Positions 20,020 to 30,196 of a DNA stretch of 64,000 bases are shown here, piece after piece. The first letter of the stretch is position 1, and the number at the start of each line of letters is the position of its first letter. The notes under the pieces were generated by a model, which saw only the letters and a program-made list of their open reading frames with translations, was not told the origin of the DNA and searched no databases. The DNA lies in NCBI GenBank assembly GCA_963782115.1, contig CAWAIK010000001.1:800001-864000 (forward strand). The letters are read 5' to 3'. Source of the stretch: an uncultured Verrucomicrobiae bacterium (GTDB lineage Bacteria; Verrucomicrobiota; Verrucomicrobiia; Chthoniobacterales; JAFAMB01). A program made the translations under genes and the position numbers.

Positions 20020-21897
20020 CAGGAGACTCGCCGTGCCGGCGCGCTGCGTTACTTGAGCACTGTTGAAAACGGCAGGCTAACGCTCCTCATCCTTGATAAC
20101 GCCGATTCCGATGAAGCCCGTAAGGCAGTCCGCGAATTGCTGCCCAAAGTGGCCATTTGCGCTGTCTTAATCACCTCCCGTTTTAGTGGGAACTTGAGCG
20201 GGGTCCGCAGGCAGGAACTGGCGCTGTTCGACACCGAAGAGTCACGTGAATACCTCCGCACCCACCTCCAGCCAGGGCTGCTCGCCAAAGCGAGGAGCCA
20301 AACAGTGCTCGACGCGGTGGCGGAGGAAGTTGACCATTTGCCGCTGGCACTTGAGCTCGTCGTTAGCTACATGCACGAGACCAACCAGTCGGCCGCGGAA
20401 TAGCTTGAGGAATGGCACAAGACTCCAGACCCGACGATCAAACATTACGACAGTGATAACGTGAATTACCCGGTCCCGCTGGCTCGCGTTTGGGAGCAAA
20501 GCGTCGGCCGCCTCTCGCACAGCGCGCGTGAACTTATGCATTGGCTGGTGTGGATGGCGCCTCGTCCTGCAGGCCTTCCCATCGAAGTGTTCAAGACCTC
20601 GGGAGATTGGCTAAGCCTTAGGGCAGCCTTGAGCGAGCTCGCCAAGGCCTCCCTCATCGGCTGGCCTCCGGCTGCTGACGAAATATCCATCCACCGCGTT
20701 CTCCAAGCCGTAACGCGCAATCACCTTAGCGAGCAGGAAAAGACGGCATCGCTCGATGGCGCGCTTACCACAATCCAGGCTGCGCTACCATCGCCGGAGT
20801 GGGATCAGAAAGGCTGGCGGCTCTGGGAGCAGCTTGCCCCGCACTGTCGCAACCTGCTCAATCGCCTACAAGACCATGTCTTGGAGCCCAAGCCACGCGG
20901 ATAATGAACGATCTTGCTCTTTGGCTCAACAATCGATCCGAGCACGGCGATGCCGAGCCGCTTATCCGCCGGGCGTTAGCCATTGGTGAAAAGAGCTTCG
21001 GCCCGGATCATCCCGCGTGGCAAGAGGCCTCAACAATCTGGCCGCGCTGCTCAGCGACACCAACCGGCTGGCTGAGGCCGAGCCGCTTTACCGCCGTGCG
21101 CTAACCATTGATGAAAAGAGCTTCGGCCGGGATCATCCCAACGTGGCAATCCGCCTCAACAACCTGGCCGGCTGCTCCGCGCCACCAACCGGCTGGCTGA
21201 GGCCGAGCCTCTTATCCGCCGGGCGTTAGCCATTGATAAAAAGAGCTTCGGCCCGGATCATCCCAACGTGGCAAGAGGCCTCAACAACCTGGCCGGGCTG
21301 CTCCGCGCCACCAACCGGCTGGCTGAGGCCGAGCCGCTTATCCGCCGTGCGCTAGCCATTGATAAAAAGAGCTTCGGCCCGGATCATCCCAACGTGGCAA
21401 GAGACCTCAACAACCTGGCCGGGCTGCTCCGCGCCACCAACCGGCTGGCTGAGGCCGAGCCGCTTTACCGCCGGGCGCTAGCCGTTGGTGAAAAGAGCTT
21501 CGGCCCGGATCATCCCGACGTGGCAATCCGCCTCAACAACCTGGCCGAGCTGCTCCGCGACACCAACCGGCTGGCTGAGGCCGAGCCGCTTTACCGCGGG
21601 GCGCTAGCCATTGATGAAAAGAGCTTCGGCCCGAATCATCCCAACGTGGCAACAGGTCTCAACAACCTAGCCTTGCTGCTCCGCGATACCAACCGGCTGG
21701 CTGAGGCCGAGCCCCTTTACCGGCAAGCGCTGCGAATCCTCGCTGAGTTTGGGCATCGCACGGGGCACGAGCATCCACACTTCCGCACAGTCATCAATAA
21801 CTACTTCGGACTGATTTCAGCGATGGGCTTGAGTCAGGACGCAATCGCGGCACGCGTGCGCTCGGCGATCGAGAGCGAGCCGGAGGAGTCGGCCTGA
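20020..21897 (+). pseudogene. Fragmented NTPase-associated TPR-repeat protein (42-aa repeats), N-terminus missing
   Basis: LLILDNAD (Walker B-like), VLITSR, LPLAL; TAG at 20401; frameshifts near 20895, 21015 and 21170; LNNLA.LL..TNRLAEAEPLYRRALAIDEKSFGPDHPNVA repeats. Confidence 0.85.
20903..21745 (+). repeat. About 7 tandem ~126-bp TPR-coding repeats
   Basis: CAACAACCTGGCC-like motif recurs near 21030, 21157, 21282, 21408, 21534 and 21660, plus a diverged first unit. Confidence 0.9.
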
Positions 21898-22078
21898 GGC
21901 CAAGCGAACGCCGGCCACGAAGTCACTGAAACTTACATTGACTTCTTCACTGCCCCGGAGAACCGCGGCAGACGGGGAGGGGCTTTTGAAATATCTACAA
22001 AATGTTCCATTTTGTCGAGAGTAGCCCGTTTTAGAGCAGAATTTTGGCTTTTGCGATCGTCGGCGATCGCAAGGATCA

Positions 22079-22342
22079 TCAGAGAGGGGGTGGCGGAAGA
22101 TACGCCTCGACTGACCAAGGCCCGCGATAATTGGCGATGAGACCATCCGTTGGGGTCTGCATCCCGGCGATGCAGGCGATCTGGGCGAGGCAGCGGCTCA
22201 AACGATCGCGCAATTGTTCCAGTGCTTCGAAGTAGGCCTGGCGCGTGTCGCGTGGGCGATCAAAGTTTCGGAAGTAGGGATGTAGCAGAGCATTATCGCA
22301 TCGTTCTAGAATTTCCTCGTAGGTGAAAAACTGGCGGTCCAA
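22079..22342 (-). pseudogene. Probable C-terminal fragment of an unknown protein
   Basis: Protein-like helix YFEALEQLRDRLSRCLAQIACIAG; no convincing start. Confidence 0.35.
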
Positions 22343-23075
22343 GAAGCATCATGCTTAGTTGCCGAATCACGGGAATCCAACACGCTCGGCTATGCATCGG
22401 CTTCTGCAGCAGCGAACAAGGCGTGGAGCACGGTCTCGGCACAACTTTTTTCCACTTTGGACGCGCTACTTCTCAAGGTTCGGGACGAACAATCTGGAGA
22501 ATCGATTTCGGACTTGGGTAGCGGGAGGCCGTGCGGGCATATTGAAAAGCTTTTCATAGCTATTCCGTTACTCCCGCACGAGGAGCGTGTCCTCGCCTGA
22601 TTTCGGCCTTGGCTACATGGCGTCGGACACGCTTCGATAGCCAACGGAGAAATGCCATGAAAATAAGCGGACCGCTCTCCGAGGACGTTGGTTAAATTCC
22701 AACAAAGGTACGAAAAGCGACACGGAAATTAAGCGGCAGGGCGGGTGAGCGTTTCGCGCTCTTTGTTTCTCCGGGAACTGGTTCGCCCTATCCTCTATGC
22801 CAGCGATTTACGCGCTCGAAAGCGGCCCACAGTAAGCTGAAATCCTGCAGCTTTTCGCTTCGACAAATGACCGCATCCCTGTACAGTCCTGTACGCGGTT
22901 TCGAGTACGATTTCTCCGCCGACAAGCTGCGGCATTCAGTGAGAATCAAAGCTTCCAAAATTGGCTGCTTAGATGGTGCCGATAATTGGGGGACGCCACA
23001 TAGACCTAATCCGTTGGCGAAGAAGAGGTTGGACAAATCCCCACGTCGCTTTGCGTACCTTTGTTGGAATTTAAC

Positions 23076-23308
23076 CTACGGTACAACACGTTGCAGATCG
23101 GTTCGTTTTCCCCGGTGATTGATTTTTTCACCTGGTCGAGTAGGTGGGCGGGTCGATCGGAGCGCCAGCTCACGCAAGTAAGTTGAGGCGCTCAACGAGT
23201 AAGCGTCGGCCTTGACGGTGATCGCAGCTTTCTCGGCCGGCGTCACCCACACCTTGATGGCGGTCGTTTCGCGGCGGGTCTTTTCTTTTTTTTGCCGTTC
23301 ATCCTCAT
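23076..23308 (-). pseudogene. TraJ/MobC-like ribbon-helix-helix relaxosome protein, frameshifted and truncated
   Basis: Hand translation KTRRETTAIKVWVTPAEKAAITVKADAYSLSASTYLRELAL resembles RP4 TraJ (KPTRKGSPPIKVYCLPDERRAIEEKAAAAGMSLSAYL); the ATG is out of frame across an A8 run. Confidence 0.7.
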
Positions 23309-23635
23309 TTGCCCCAGTCCTCCGGCGGCGGAAAGCCCCGCTGTTCGTCCGGGCTGATTGGCCGCGTTAGCGACGGTTCACTGGGTTCACCGTGTTCGCC
23401 CAGTTCCTTTGGTTCTTCTTTTTTTGGGGTCGTCGAGGTTTTAGCGCCGGTGGCCGCGCGTGATTTTGTGCCCGGCACTACTGGATGGTGAATAACCGGA
23501 CTGACTTTGAGGCCGTTGTGATCCTTGGATTCTGGAGGCCAAGTCAGAGCTATCCGGCCTATCTTAACTCCCGATCTTAATTCTCCGCTCTGAAGTCCGA
23601 ATTGGTAGAATTCCTTTTTGAGTTCTTAAATCCAA

Positions 23636-23652
23636 ATACCCCTATCCTGTTC
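23636..23652 (+). other. Putative MOB-P/IncP-type oriT nick site
   Basis: CCTATCCTGT matches the YATCCTG^Y consensus; lies between divergent traJ-like and traL-like genes in the RP4 orientation. Confidence 0.55.
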
Positions 23653-23955
23653 TTGTTCTAGCGTAGGCCCTAGCGGTACCACATATTACCACTACTCACC
23701 TTTTGCTCTTGCCGATAGTGATAATAAGTAGAAATATGTGGCTCCTGGCCCGATATGTCGTTTCATGGGTCGGATCAAGCGTCGTCCCTATCCACTCGGA
23801 GCCGAGCCACTGACTGAGCCGACGCCTCCCTCCGGTAAAACCTGGAAACAATCCCCAGGAAGGACCGAGCCGCATCCTCGAGAGAATCAGGGAACGGGCC
23901 AAAACCACGGGACAATCTGACCCCGAGCCCGAGGACCCTGCATGGAGTCAGCGCT

Positions 23956-24735
23956 TTGAGCCTGAGAAACTTTAGCGCTCAAGCAAACAACGCCAAAAAA
24001 CGAGTAACAAATCCAATAATCAAAAAGAATTGTCATGTCGATGGGGGAAAAGGTGGTGGTGGTAAGAGCACCCTCATGACGTCCCTGGTCGATTTTTTTC
24101 ATGCCGAAAACTGTCCGGTAACGCTTATTGACTGCGACACCGAAAACAAGGTGCACGGGTCCTTTTCCTATTTCTTTAAAGAGGCGCTCAAGGTAGACAT
24201 CACCACTCCTTCTGGGTTTGATGAATTTGTCGAAAAGGTATTATGCGACAACGCGCCCATGGTGCTGGCCGACCTTGGAGCGGGATCCGGGAAATTCACG
24301 TTCAAGTCGTTTGATGACATGCACGACCCACTGCAAGAGGCCGGCGTGCGCTTTTTGGCCATCGGGGTTGTCACCAGCGAAGTAGCCACGACGGAGACCA
24401 TCTTTAATTGGGCGAACGCTCTCAAATCACGCACGGACTACCTGATTGTGCGCAATCATCGCAACGGTGATGATTTCAGCGCTCTGGAAAGCAGCGAGCC
24501 CGGACAGCGGTTCCTAAAGGTGTCTAAGTCCCCGGTGATCGATATGGAGGCCAGACTTGACGACATCCAAAGACACTTGGACAAGCGAGGATTAAGCTTA
24601 CGCCAAGCGCTTGAGGCTCCTTCCGAAATCGCCGGCCCCTTTCTTTCAAGAGCGGTGTCCAAGATCAGGATGCGCGGATACCTCACCCGGATGAACGCGC
24701 AATTCCGACGCGTGGTAGACACGCTACTGCCATGA
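23956..24735 (+). CDS. TraL/ParA-like P-loop NTPase of a mobilization region (start uncertain)
   Basis: GGKGGGGKST deviant Walker A, LIDCDTEN, VLADLGAG. Confidence 0.7.
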   Translation: MSLRNFSAQANNAKKRVTNPIIKKNCHVDGGKGGGGKSTLMTSLVDFFHAENCPVTLIDCDTENKVHGSFSYFFKEALKVDITTPSGFDEFVEKVLCDNAPMVLADLGAGSGKFTFKSFDDMHDPLQEAGVRFLAIGVVTSEVATTETIFNWANALKSRTDYLIVRNHRNGDDFSALESSEPGQRFLKVSKSPVIDMEARLDDIQRHLDKRGLSLRQALEAPSEIAGPFLSRAVSKIRMRGYLTRMNAQFRRVVDTLLP

Positions 24736-25400
24736 GCGCTGACCCGACCAACGGCCAAAGCAATATCGACGTCATCCTGAAGGCGATGGCGCCGGATCGG
24801 CGGGAAGCATTCCTGAGGTCTCGAAATCGTCTGAAGCAATTCAACGAAAACGACGAGATCCTGGCCTTGGCGCATTATCTGGACACAGTGGTGGTTATGG
24901 TTGACGGCTTGACCAAGAACGTGGCGACGGCTATGACCGCACACACCGAGCTCGATGGCGAACTTGACCGCTCAACTCAAACGCGTAGTGGCCGAACTGC
25001 CGTCGCATGCGAATACGTTAACGCCAAAAACAATAAGGCGCTGGCTCGCATGCTGGGCTGCGTCAATTCTGCCCGTTGCGCCGGCCGCTTTTTTCTGGGG
25101 CTGGATATCGGCCCAACGCGAACAATCTAATCGCTTGGCAGCCACTCTAGTCGAGGCTCCGCAGATAGGCCCCTGGGTAGCGGCCCAGGGTGGGTGGGCG
25201 ACGTTCCATCCCACGAAAGACGAAAAGGGGAATCTTTTTCCACACACTGGTTATCCACCTTCCCGGGTTGCAACGCACCAATGTAGGACCCAACGACACC
25301 GGCGATGGGTTTATGAATTTCCCAGACTAAAAAGCTTATGCGAATTGAGCGCTGAGGACGTGCAAGCGTGGTCTGGATCTCGGGCAAGGATCCGAAGTAG
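24732..25400 (+). pseudogene. TraM-like or unknown membrane protein, frameshifted
   Basis: ATGA-coupled to the traL-like gene; ENDEILAL motif; a transmembrane-containing continuation lies in another frame (24955-25410). Confidence 0.4.
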
Positions 25401-25624
25401 CCGAAAATGATGAGCGCGTGCGCTGCCTTTCGAAGAAGGTCCCGACAATGTTCAGATAAGAGATATCCACGTGCCAGTGCGTGGGGATCAAAAGAGATTA
25501 GTGCGATGCTGTTCATTTAGTGGGCAAGTCCCTTTTTGTATCGTACGAAACAAAAAGACCGGGTCCGCGTGCTCATCTGAAATCTTCTTTTTTGGCGTGT
25601 CAGTTCTTTTTTACTGAAATGCCG

Positions 25625-25906
25625 TCACAAGCCAAGCTCGCTGTGCGAGCCGAGGCGGACAAGCTCAAGGCTCGTCTCGTCCGGCTTGCGGTAAATGAGG
25701 ATGAGGTCGGGCCTGATGTGGCAATCGCGGTGATCGCTCCACTCGCCGCTGAGCTGGTGATCGAAATACCGCCGTGGCAACGGCTCGTCCTTCGCTAGCA
25801 TCGTCACGGTGTCCAGCAACTCGGCGTCCAGACGCTTGCTGTGCCGTCCCGATTTCTCCCGCCTCTAGTCACGCCGAAAGCGGCTGGTGTGTTTAACAGT
25901 CCGCAT
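25625..25906 (-). pseudogene. yafQ: YafQ-family mRNA interferase toxin with an in-frame TAG at codon 14
   Basis: MRTVKHTSRFRRD*RREKSG..DHQLSGEW.DHRDCHIRPDLILIY..RLGSHSEL. Confidence 0.85.
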
Positions 25907-26156
25907 TCAGGCTCGCGCGCAGCTTACTCGGCGGCCCCACGGTCGTTAGCTCGCCACGACGCGCGGCCTTCATCGCCTCGATGGTTTCCTCATTCGGTAC
26001 CAGCGGCTCGAACGGCAGCTTTTTCTCCTTGGCGATCTTAACCATCATCAGGCGGAAGGCATCCGACACGGTGAGGCCCATCGCCTTCAGCACGGCGGCG
26101 GCCTCGGCCTTGACATGCTCGTCGATGCGCGCGCGCACGACAGAATTGGTGCTCAT
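25893..26156 (-). CDS. dinJ: RelB/DinJ antitoxin
   Basis: VVRARIDE.VK.EA.AVL..MGLTVSDAFR..LPFEPLVPN.ETIEAM; AGGAGG RBS upstream. Confidence 0.92.
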   Translation of the reverse strand: MSTNSVVRARIDEHVKAEAAAVLKAMGLTVSDAFRLMMVKIAKEKKLPFEPLVPNEETIEAMKAARRGELTTVGPPSKLRASLNADC

Positions 26157-26745
26157 TGGGTTAATCCTCCTTGAGCTACAATGTAGCACACGATATGGTA
26201 AATTCAAGGTCCCACTCAAACCGCAACCATCCCATTTGTTAGCAATCTTAAGGGTTTAGACACATCTTTTGCTTTGGGCCCAGCGGTTGTAACAGGGGGC
26301 GACGGCCCAACAGTCGTAATCAGAACACGGAAGGTGCTTGTCGGGCCTTTTGGGGTGTGGCGTGGATTTTAAGGCTCTGTTCCCTCCCTCCAGAATTGTT
26401 CGTCGAAGCGTGTCGATTTCGGCCATGAGGTGGCGGCGATCCCCATTGGGGGACCAATGGGGCAGGGGAAGCCAGATAGCGGGTGTTTGTGAAATAAAGG
26501 CGGTGGTCGCAGCGTGTTTCGTGTTGGCGGCTTGTTCCGTAAACCGCGCTTCGGCCAGTGTTCCTATTTTTTGGTAGTGGTCCCCTCTTCCCTGCCCTTT
26601 TTCGCGCCCACTGAAAATTTCCTTGTTCAAATACTTACTTCCACAAGCAAACTTTGCGCGCCCCTTGGCGCGCTCCGGCTTTTGTAGACTTCTGAGGCTT
26701 TGCCTCAGACACTTTTAGCCGCGTAGCAAAGCGAAGCAGCCCGTT

Positions 26746-26893
26746 GGATTAAAGAGGATTAAAGAGGATTTAAAGAGGATTAGGGGGGCTTTGGCCGTTC
26801 CTGTTAACTACCTGATAATAAGCACTTTATGTGTGGTTTTTTGGGGTCTTTTGGGCGTTCAAATACGGGTCTTTTGGGCGTTCAAATACGGGC
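26746..26893. repeat. oriV-like direct repeats: ~10-bp GGATTAAAGA x3 and 23-bp iteron-like x2
   Basis: GGGTCTTTTGGGCGTTCAAATAC at 26844-26866 and 26867-26889; short repeats at about 26746-26782. Confidence 0.7.
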
Positions 26894-27205
26894 TTTTTTT
26901 TAGGACTTGAGAAAACCGGGGATGAGATCGCCGACCGGGGTTAAACCCTTTTTCCCGCGCTTCGATTGCCGCTTGGGCTTTTCGGTGGCGGTCTTCGTGA
27001 TGAGGTGTCGTGCCTGTGACGCGCTGGGGGGGCGGGTCACTGTGATTAAATCATCTTCCCATGATGCTTGCCAGCCCAAGACGTTTTTGAGCGTTGCGAG
27101 TGCTTTTCTAAGGTCTTTTCGGTATTCGGTTAGCGCTTGGAGCGGAGCTGCGCGGGCGAGTGCGTCGATGAAACTGGTAGCCCGCTGGACGCAGGTCGCT
27201 GCTAG
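26890..27205 (-). pseudogene. 3' remnant of a TrfA-like plasmid replication initiator
   Basis: Hand translation LTEYRKDLRKALATLKNVLGWQASWEDDLITVTRPPSASQARHL; cut by the IS1634 end; followed by iterons. Confidence 0.5.
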
Positions 27206-28726
27206 CCCAACTTTCGCATTTTCCGCGAATGTGAGCGGCGCCTTCCCTGTGGAGCGCCCGGAAAAAGGAGCTCAGTTTGTCCACACATTTTCAAGATCGG
27301 TGCTGTAAATCTTCGGGGGAGGTTGCTGTGGCAGGGGCCAGTTGAGTTGATGGATAAGGGCGGCCTGGGCGGCTTCGGGTTGAGTGACCCGTTCCAGGCA
27401 GATGCAGCCGCTGGCTCGCAACTTGAACCAGACTTCGACCAGTTGGATCCGGCCAAATTGGTCAAGCAACTGCCACGGGGTCAAGGAGGGGGCACTGGCC
27501 TTGAGTTTATGTTTCAGACACACCCACAGACAGTATCCCAGGAAAGCGACCATGAGGTGAGCTTCGATCCGCTTTGGGGTGAAGTGCCAAATGGGCCGGA
27601 TGGCAAGATCGCTTTTGAGGGCACGGAAAACGGCTTCGACTTCGGTTAGCTGGATGTATTGGGTCCAAAGTCTAGCCGGATCGCTTCCCTCGAGGTTGGT
27701 GCGCAACAAGTAAGCTCCGTCGCGACTTGCGGCCAGTCGTAGGGCGTGGCGATCCCATTGCCAGCTTAGTCGCAGCTCTTGGAGCTCATTTTTGACATAG
27801 CGCCAAGCTTGCTGATAACGCTCTTTGAGTCGGCCCAAGTGCAGAAGCACTTTGGCGGGGTCTTTGAGCCGCCCGTGACGAAGGAGTCGTCGCAGCCGAA
27901 TCAGATCGCGCATCAAGCCACGCACAACTCGGGAGCGCATTGCGCTTTCTTTCTGTGCGCGGGTTCGACTACGGGCCAGCACATAGGTCTCATTATTATC
28001 CTGGGCGATGAGTTGGACTTGGACTTCAGCAGTAATTGACTGCCAGTCACCCTCCAGCAATCGGCGCTCATGAACTTTGAGTTGGGCTCGGGGCGTGCCC
28101 ACCAGGTAACTTGCCCCGCGCTCTCGCAGCCTTTGGAGATTGTCTTCGCTGACAATACCACGGTCAAAGATCCACACCCGACGGGCACGGCCGTGTTTGC
28201 GCTCCACCGCATCGAGTATCTCCTCCAGCGTGGTCACATCAGCCCGGTTGCCCTCAAAGACTTCGTAGGAAAGCGGAAAACCTTCCGGAGTCACCACCAG
28301 CGCCAGAATGAGTTGTTTGCAGTCGGACCGCTGATCGCGCGAGTGGCCATAGCGGGCTTTATCGACCTCTTCGACTTCGCCTTCAAAGTAGGTGCTCGTC
28401 AGATCGTAAAGTAAAACATCGAAGCTGGCACCGAAGAGATCTTTCCAGCGCCCAGCCAGATGTAGTTCCAAGGCTTCCTTGTGCTCGACTACCCGGTCCA
28501 GCGCGCGATAAAGCCGATCCTTTTCAGCCGTCACCGCCACCTCTCCGTGCCGATCACTGAAGAGTCGCATCTGATGACGCCGCCCATCTTCTTGGACCAC
28601 TTCGATCGTTCGCTGCCAGCGCTCAAGCTGGGTGGTGTTCAGTTCACCCAAATGCAGCACCTGCCGCTGTAAGACCCGCTTGCGGCTTACCCGCAGGCTC
28701 TCACAGAGCGAATAATAAATATGAGC
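27206..28726 (-). mobile_element. IS1634-family element: 5'-truncated, internally deleted transposase with the right end retained
   Basis: LLYDLTSTYFEG, GHSRDQRSDCKQ, FDRG, YLLRTN, EAVFRALKSDLAIRPIWH; terminus TGCGAAAGTTGGG followed by CTAG. Confidence 0.85.
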
Positions 28727-28875
28727 CTTGGCCGCTAGCTCGGCCGTCTCGGCGTTGTAGATCTTTTTGAGTTCAGCGGCCACTCGCTTTCGTTCTTTCC
28801 AATTACAAAAGGAGAGCGAATTACGAATCAAATGGACGATGCAGGTCTGGATCTCAGAGTCCGGATAAACCGCCC
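28727..28875 (-). mobile_element. IS256-family transposase internal fragment fused in frame to the IS1634 ORF
   Basis: AVYPDSEIQTCIVHLIRNSLSFCNWKERKRVAAELKKIYNAETAE is a typical IS256 segment. Confidence 0.85.
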
Positions 28876-28934
28876 TAAAGCGCCGAGTTCTTACCATTCG
28901 TACTCCGTTCGAGCATTGGTGCTTCCCCCGCCGG

Positions 28935-28958
28935 TCACTCCATCACTCCATCACTCCA
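28935..28958. repeat. Octamer tandem repeat TCACTCCA x3
   Basis: Read directly from the sequence. Confidence 0.8.
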
Positions 28959-29058
28959 ACCTGAATAATGTTTACTAAATTGCTTGGTTCGGTTATATGG
29001 CTCGTCGGTCGAGCTTGATAAACAAGTATCGGATCCTTCGTTGGAAAGAAGACCCCCC

Positions 29059-30018
29059 ATGTTCAAGAAATTAAGTTCCTTTGCGCTGATGCTCAGCGCC
29101 GTCATCGCGATTCACGCTCCTGGCGTGATCTCGGCTGAAGATGCGAAACCGATTTATTATTGGGTTTCGCACGGATCTCCGACAGACCCAGTTTGGACCT
29201 ACTTCCTGCAGGGAGCGGAGCAATGGGCCAAGGATACAGGGCACGAAGTTCGCACTTCCTTTCACAGTGGCGACGTTCCGTCGCAGCAGGAAGCTGTGCG
29301 TGCGGCGATCACCGCCAAGGCAAGAGGGATTGTCACCAGCACACCTGATCCCGGAAGTCTGACGACAGTCATCGCCGAGGCGCATGCTGCTGGAATTCCG
29401 GTCATGATCATGAACACCGAAGACAAAACCAGCGGCCGTGATGCGTACGTTGGCGGCGACAATGTGGCGATCGGCCACCGTTGGGCGCAGTATCTGGTCG
29501 ACCACGGCTTCGTGAAGAAGGGCGATGTGGTCTGGACCCCTGTGGAGGTTCCTGGCGCAACCTACGGCGTGCTTGAGACGCAGGGGATTGACAGCGTATT
29601 TGGACCCCTTGCGGTCACCCACGAAATCACCGAAACCAAACTCGATCAGGCTGAAATCATCACCCGCATGTCCGATTACCTGACTGCCAACAGGGGCAAA
29701 ATCAAAGCAATCATCGGGCTCGGTGACCTTGTAACCGGAAGCATCAAGCGTGTGTTCGACCAGGTCGGCATCAAAGCCGGTGAAATTCCGGTAGTCGGTT
29801 GGGGCAATTCGCCCGACACGGCTCAGGAAGTTCTGGATGGCTATGTCAATGCCGCCATGTGGCAGGATCCGCAGGCGACCAGTTATGTCGCGCTCTCGCT
29901 CGCGGCGATGGCAGCGAGCGGTATTCCTCCGGGATTCGACGTCAACGTCGGAACTCTGTACGAAAAAAATAAAGCTGCGACTTACCTTAAGATTATGCAG
30001 GGCACCTCACATAAGTAA
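29059..30018 (+). CDS. Sugar ABC transporter substrate-binding protein
   Basis: Signal peptide; SHG..DPVW, AHAAGIPV..N, AYVGGDN, WQDP. Confidence 0.9.
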   Translation: MFKKLSSFALMLSAVIAIHAPGVISAEDAKPIYYWVSHGSPTDPVWTYFLQGAEQWAKDTGHEVRTSFHSGDVPSQQEAVRAAITAKARGIVTSTPDPGSLTTVIAEAHAAGIPVMIMNTEDKTSGRDAYVGGDNVAIGHRWAQYLVDHGFVKKGDVVWTPVEVPGATYGVLETQGIDSVFGPLAVTHEITETKLDQAEIITRMSDYLTANRGKIKAIIGLGDLVTGSIKRVFDQVGIKAGEIPVVGWGNSPDTAQEVLDGYVNAAMWQDPQATSYVALSLAAMAASGIPPGFDVNVGTLYEKNKAATYLKIMQGTSHK

Positions 30019-30196
30019 ACAGTAACGTGTCGTTTCGGGCCTGGCTCCGGCCCGAAACGACGGGCCCGCCTGCCTGTTTTTTTCCTGGATCCGCATCCGA
30101 ACTCAATCATTCGGACCGGGCGCTTCGCATGAGCCTTGATAAACAGCCGCGCCACTGCCAACGTTTCCGTCCATTCCCCCATCTCCGGCGCACCAG

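Noticed and set aside
20903..21745. 126-bp repeats as CRISPR or DGR
   Set aside because: They are in-frame TPR-coding repeats.
23738..23975. traK gene
   Set aside because: The position fits, but there is no recognisable similarity or intact frame.
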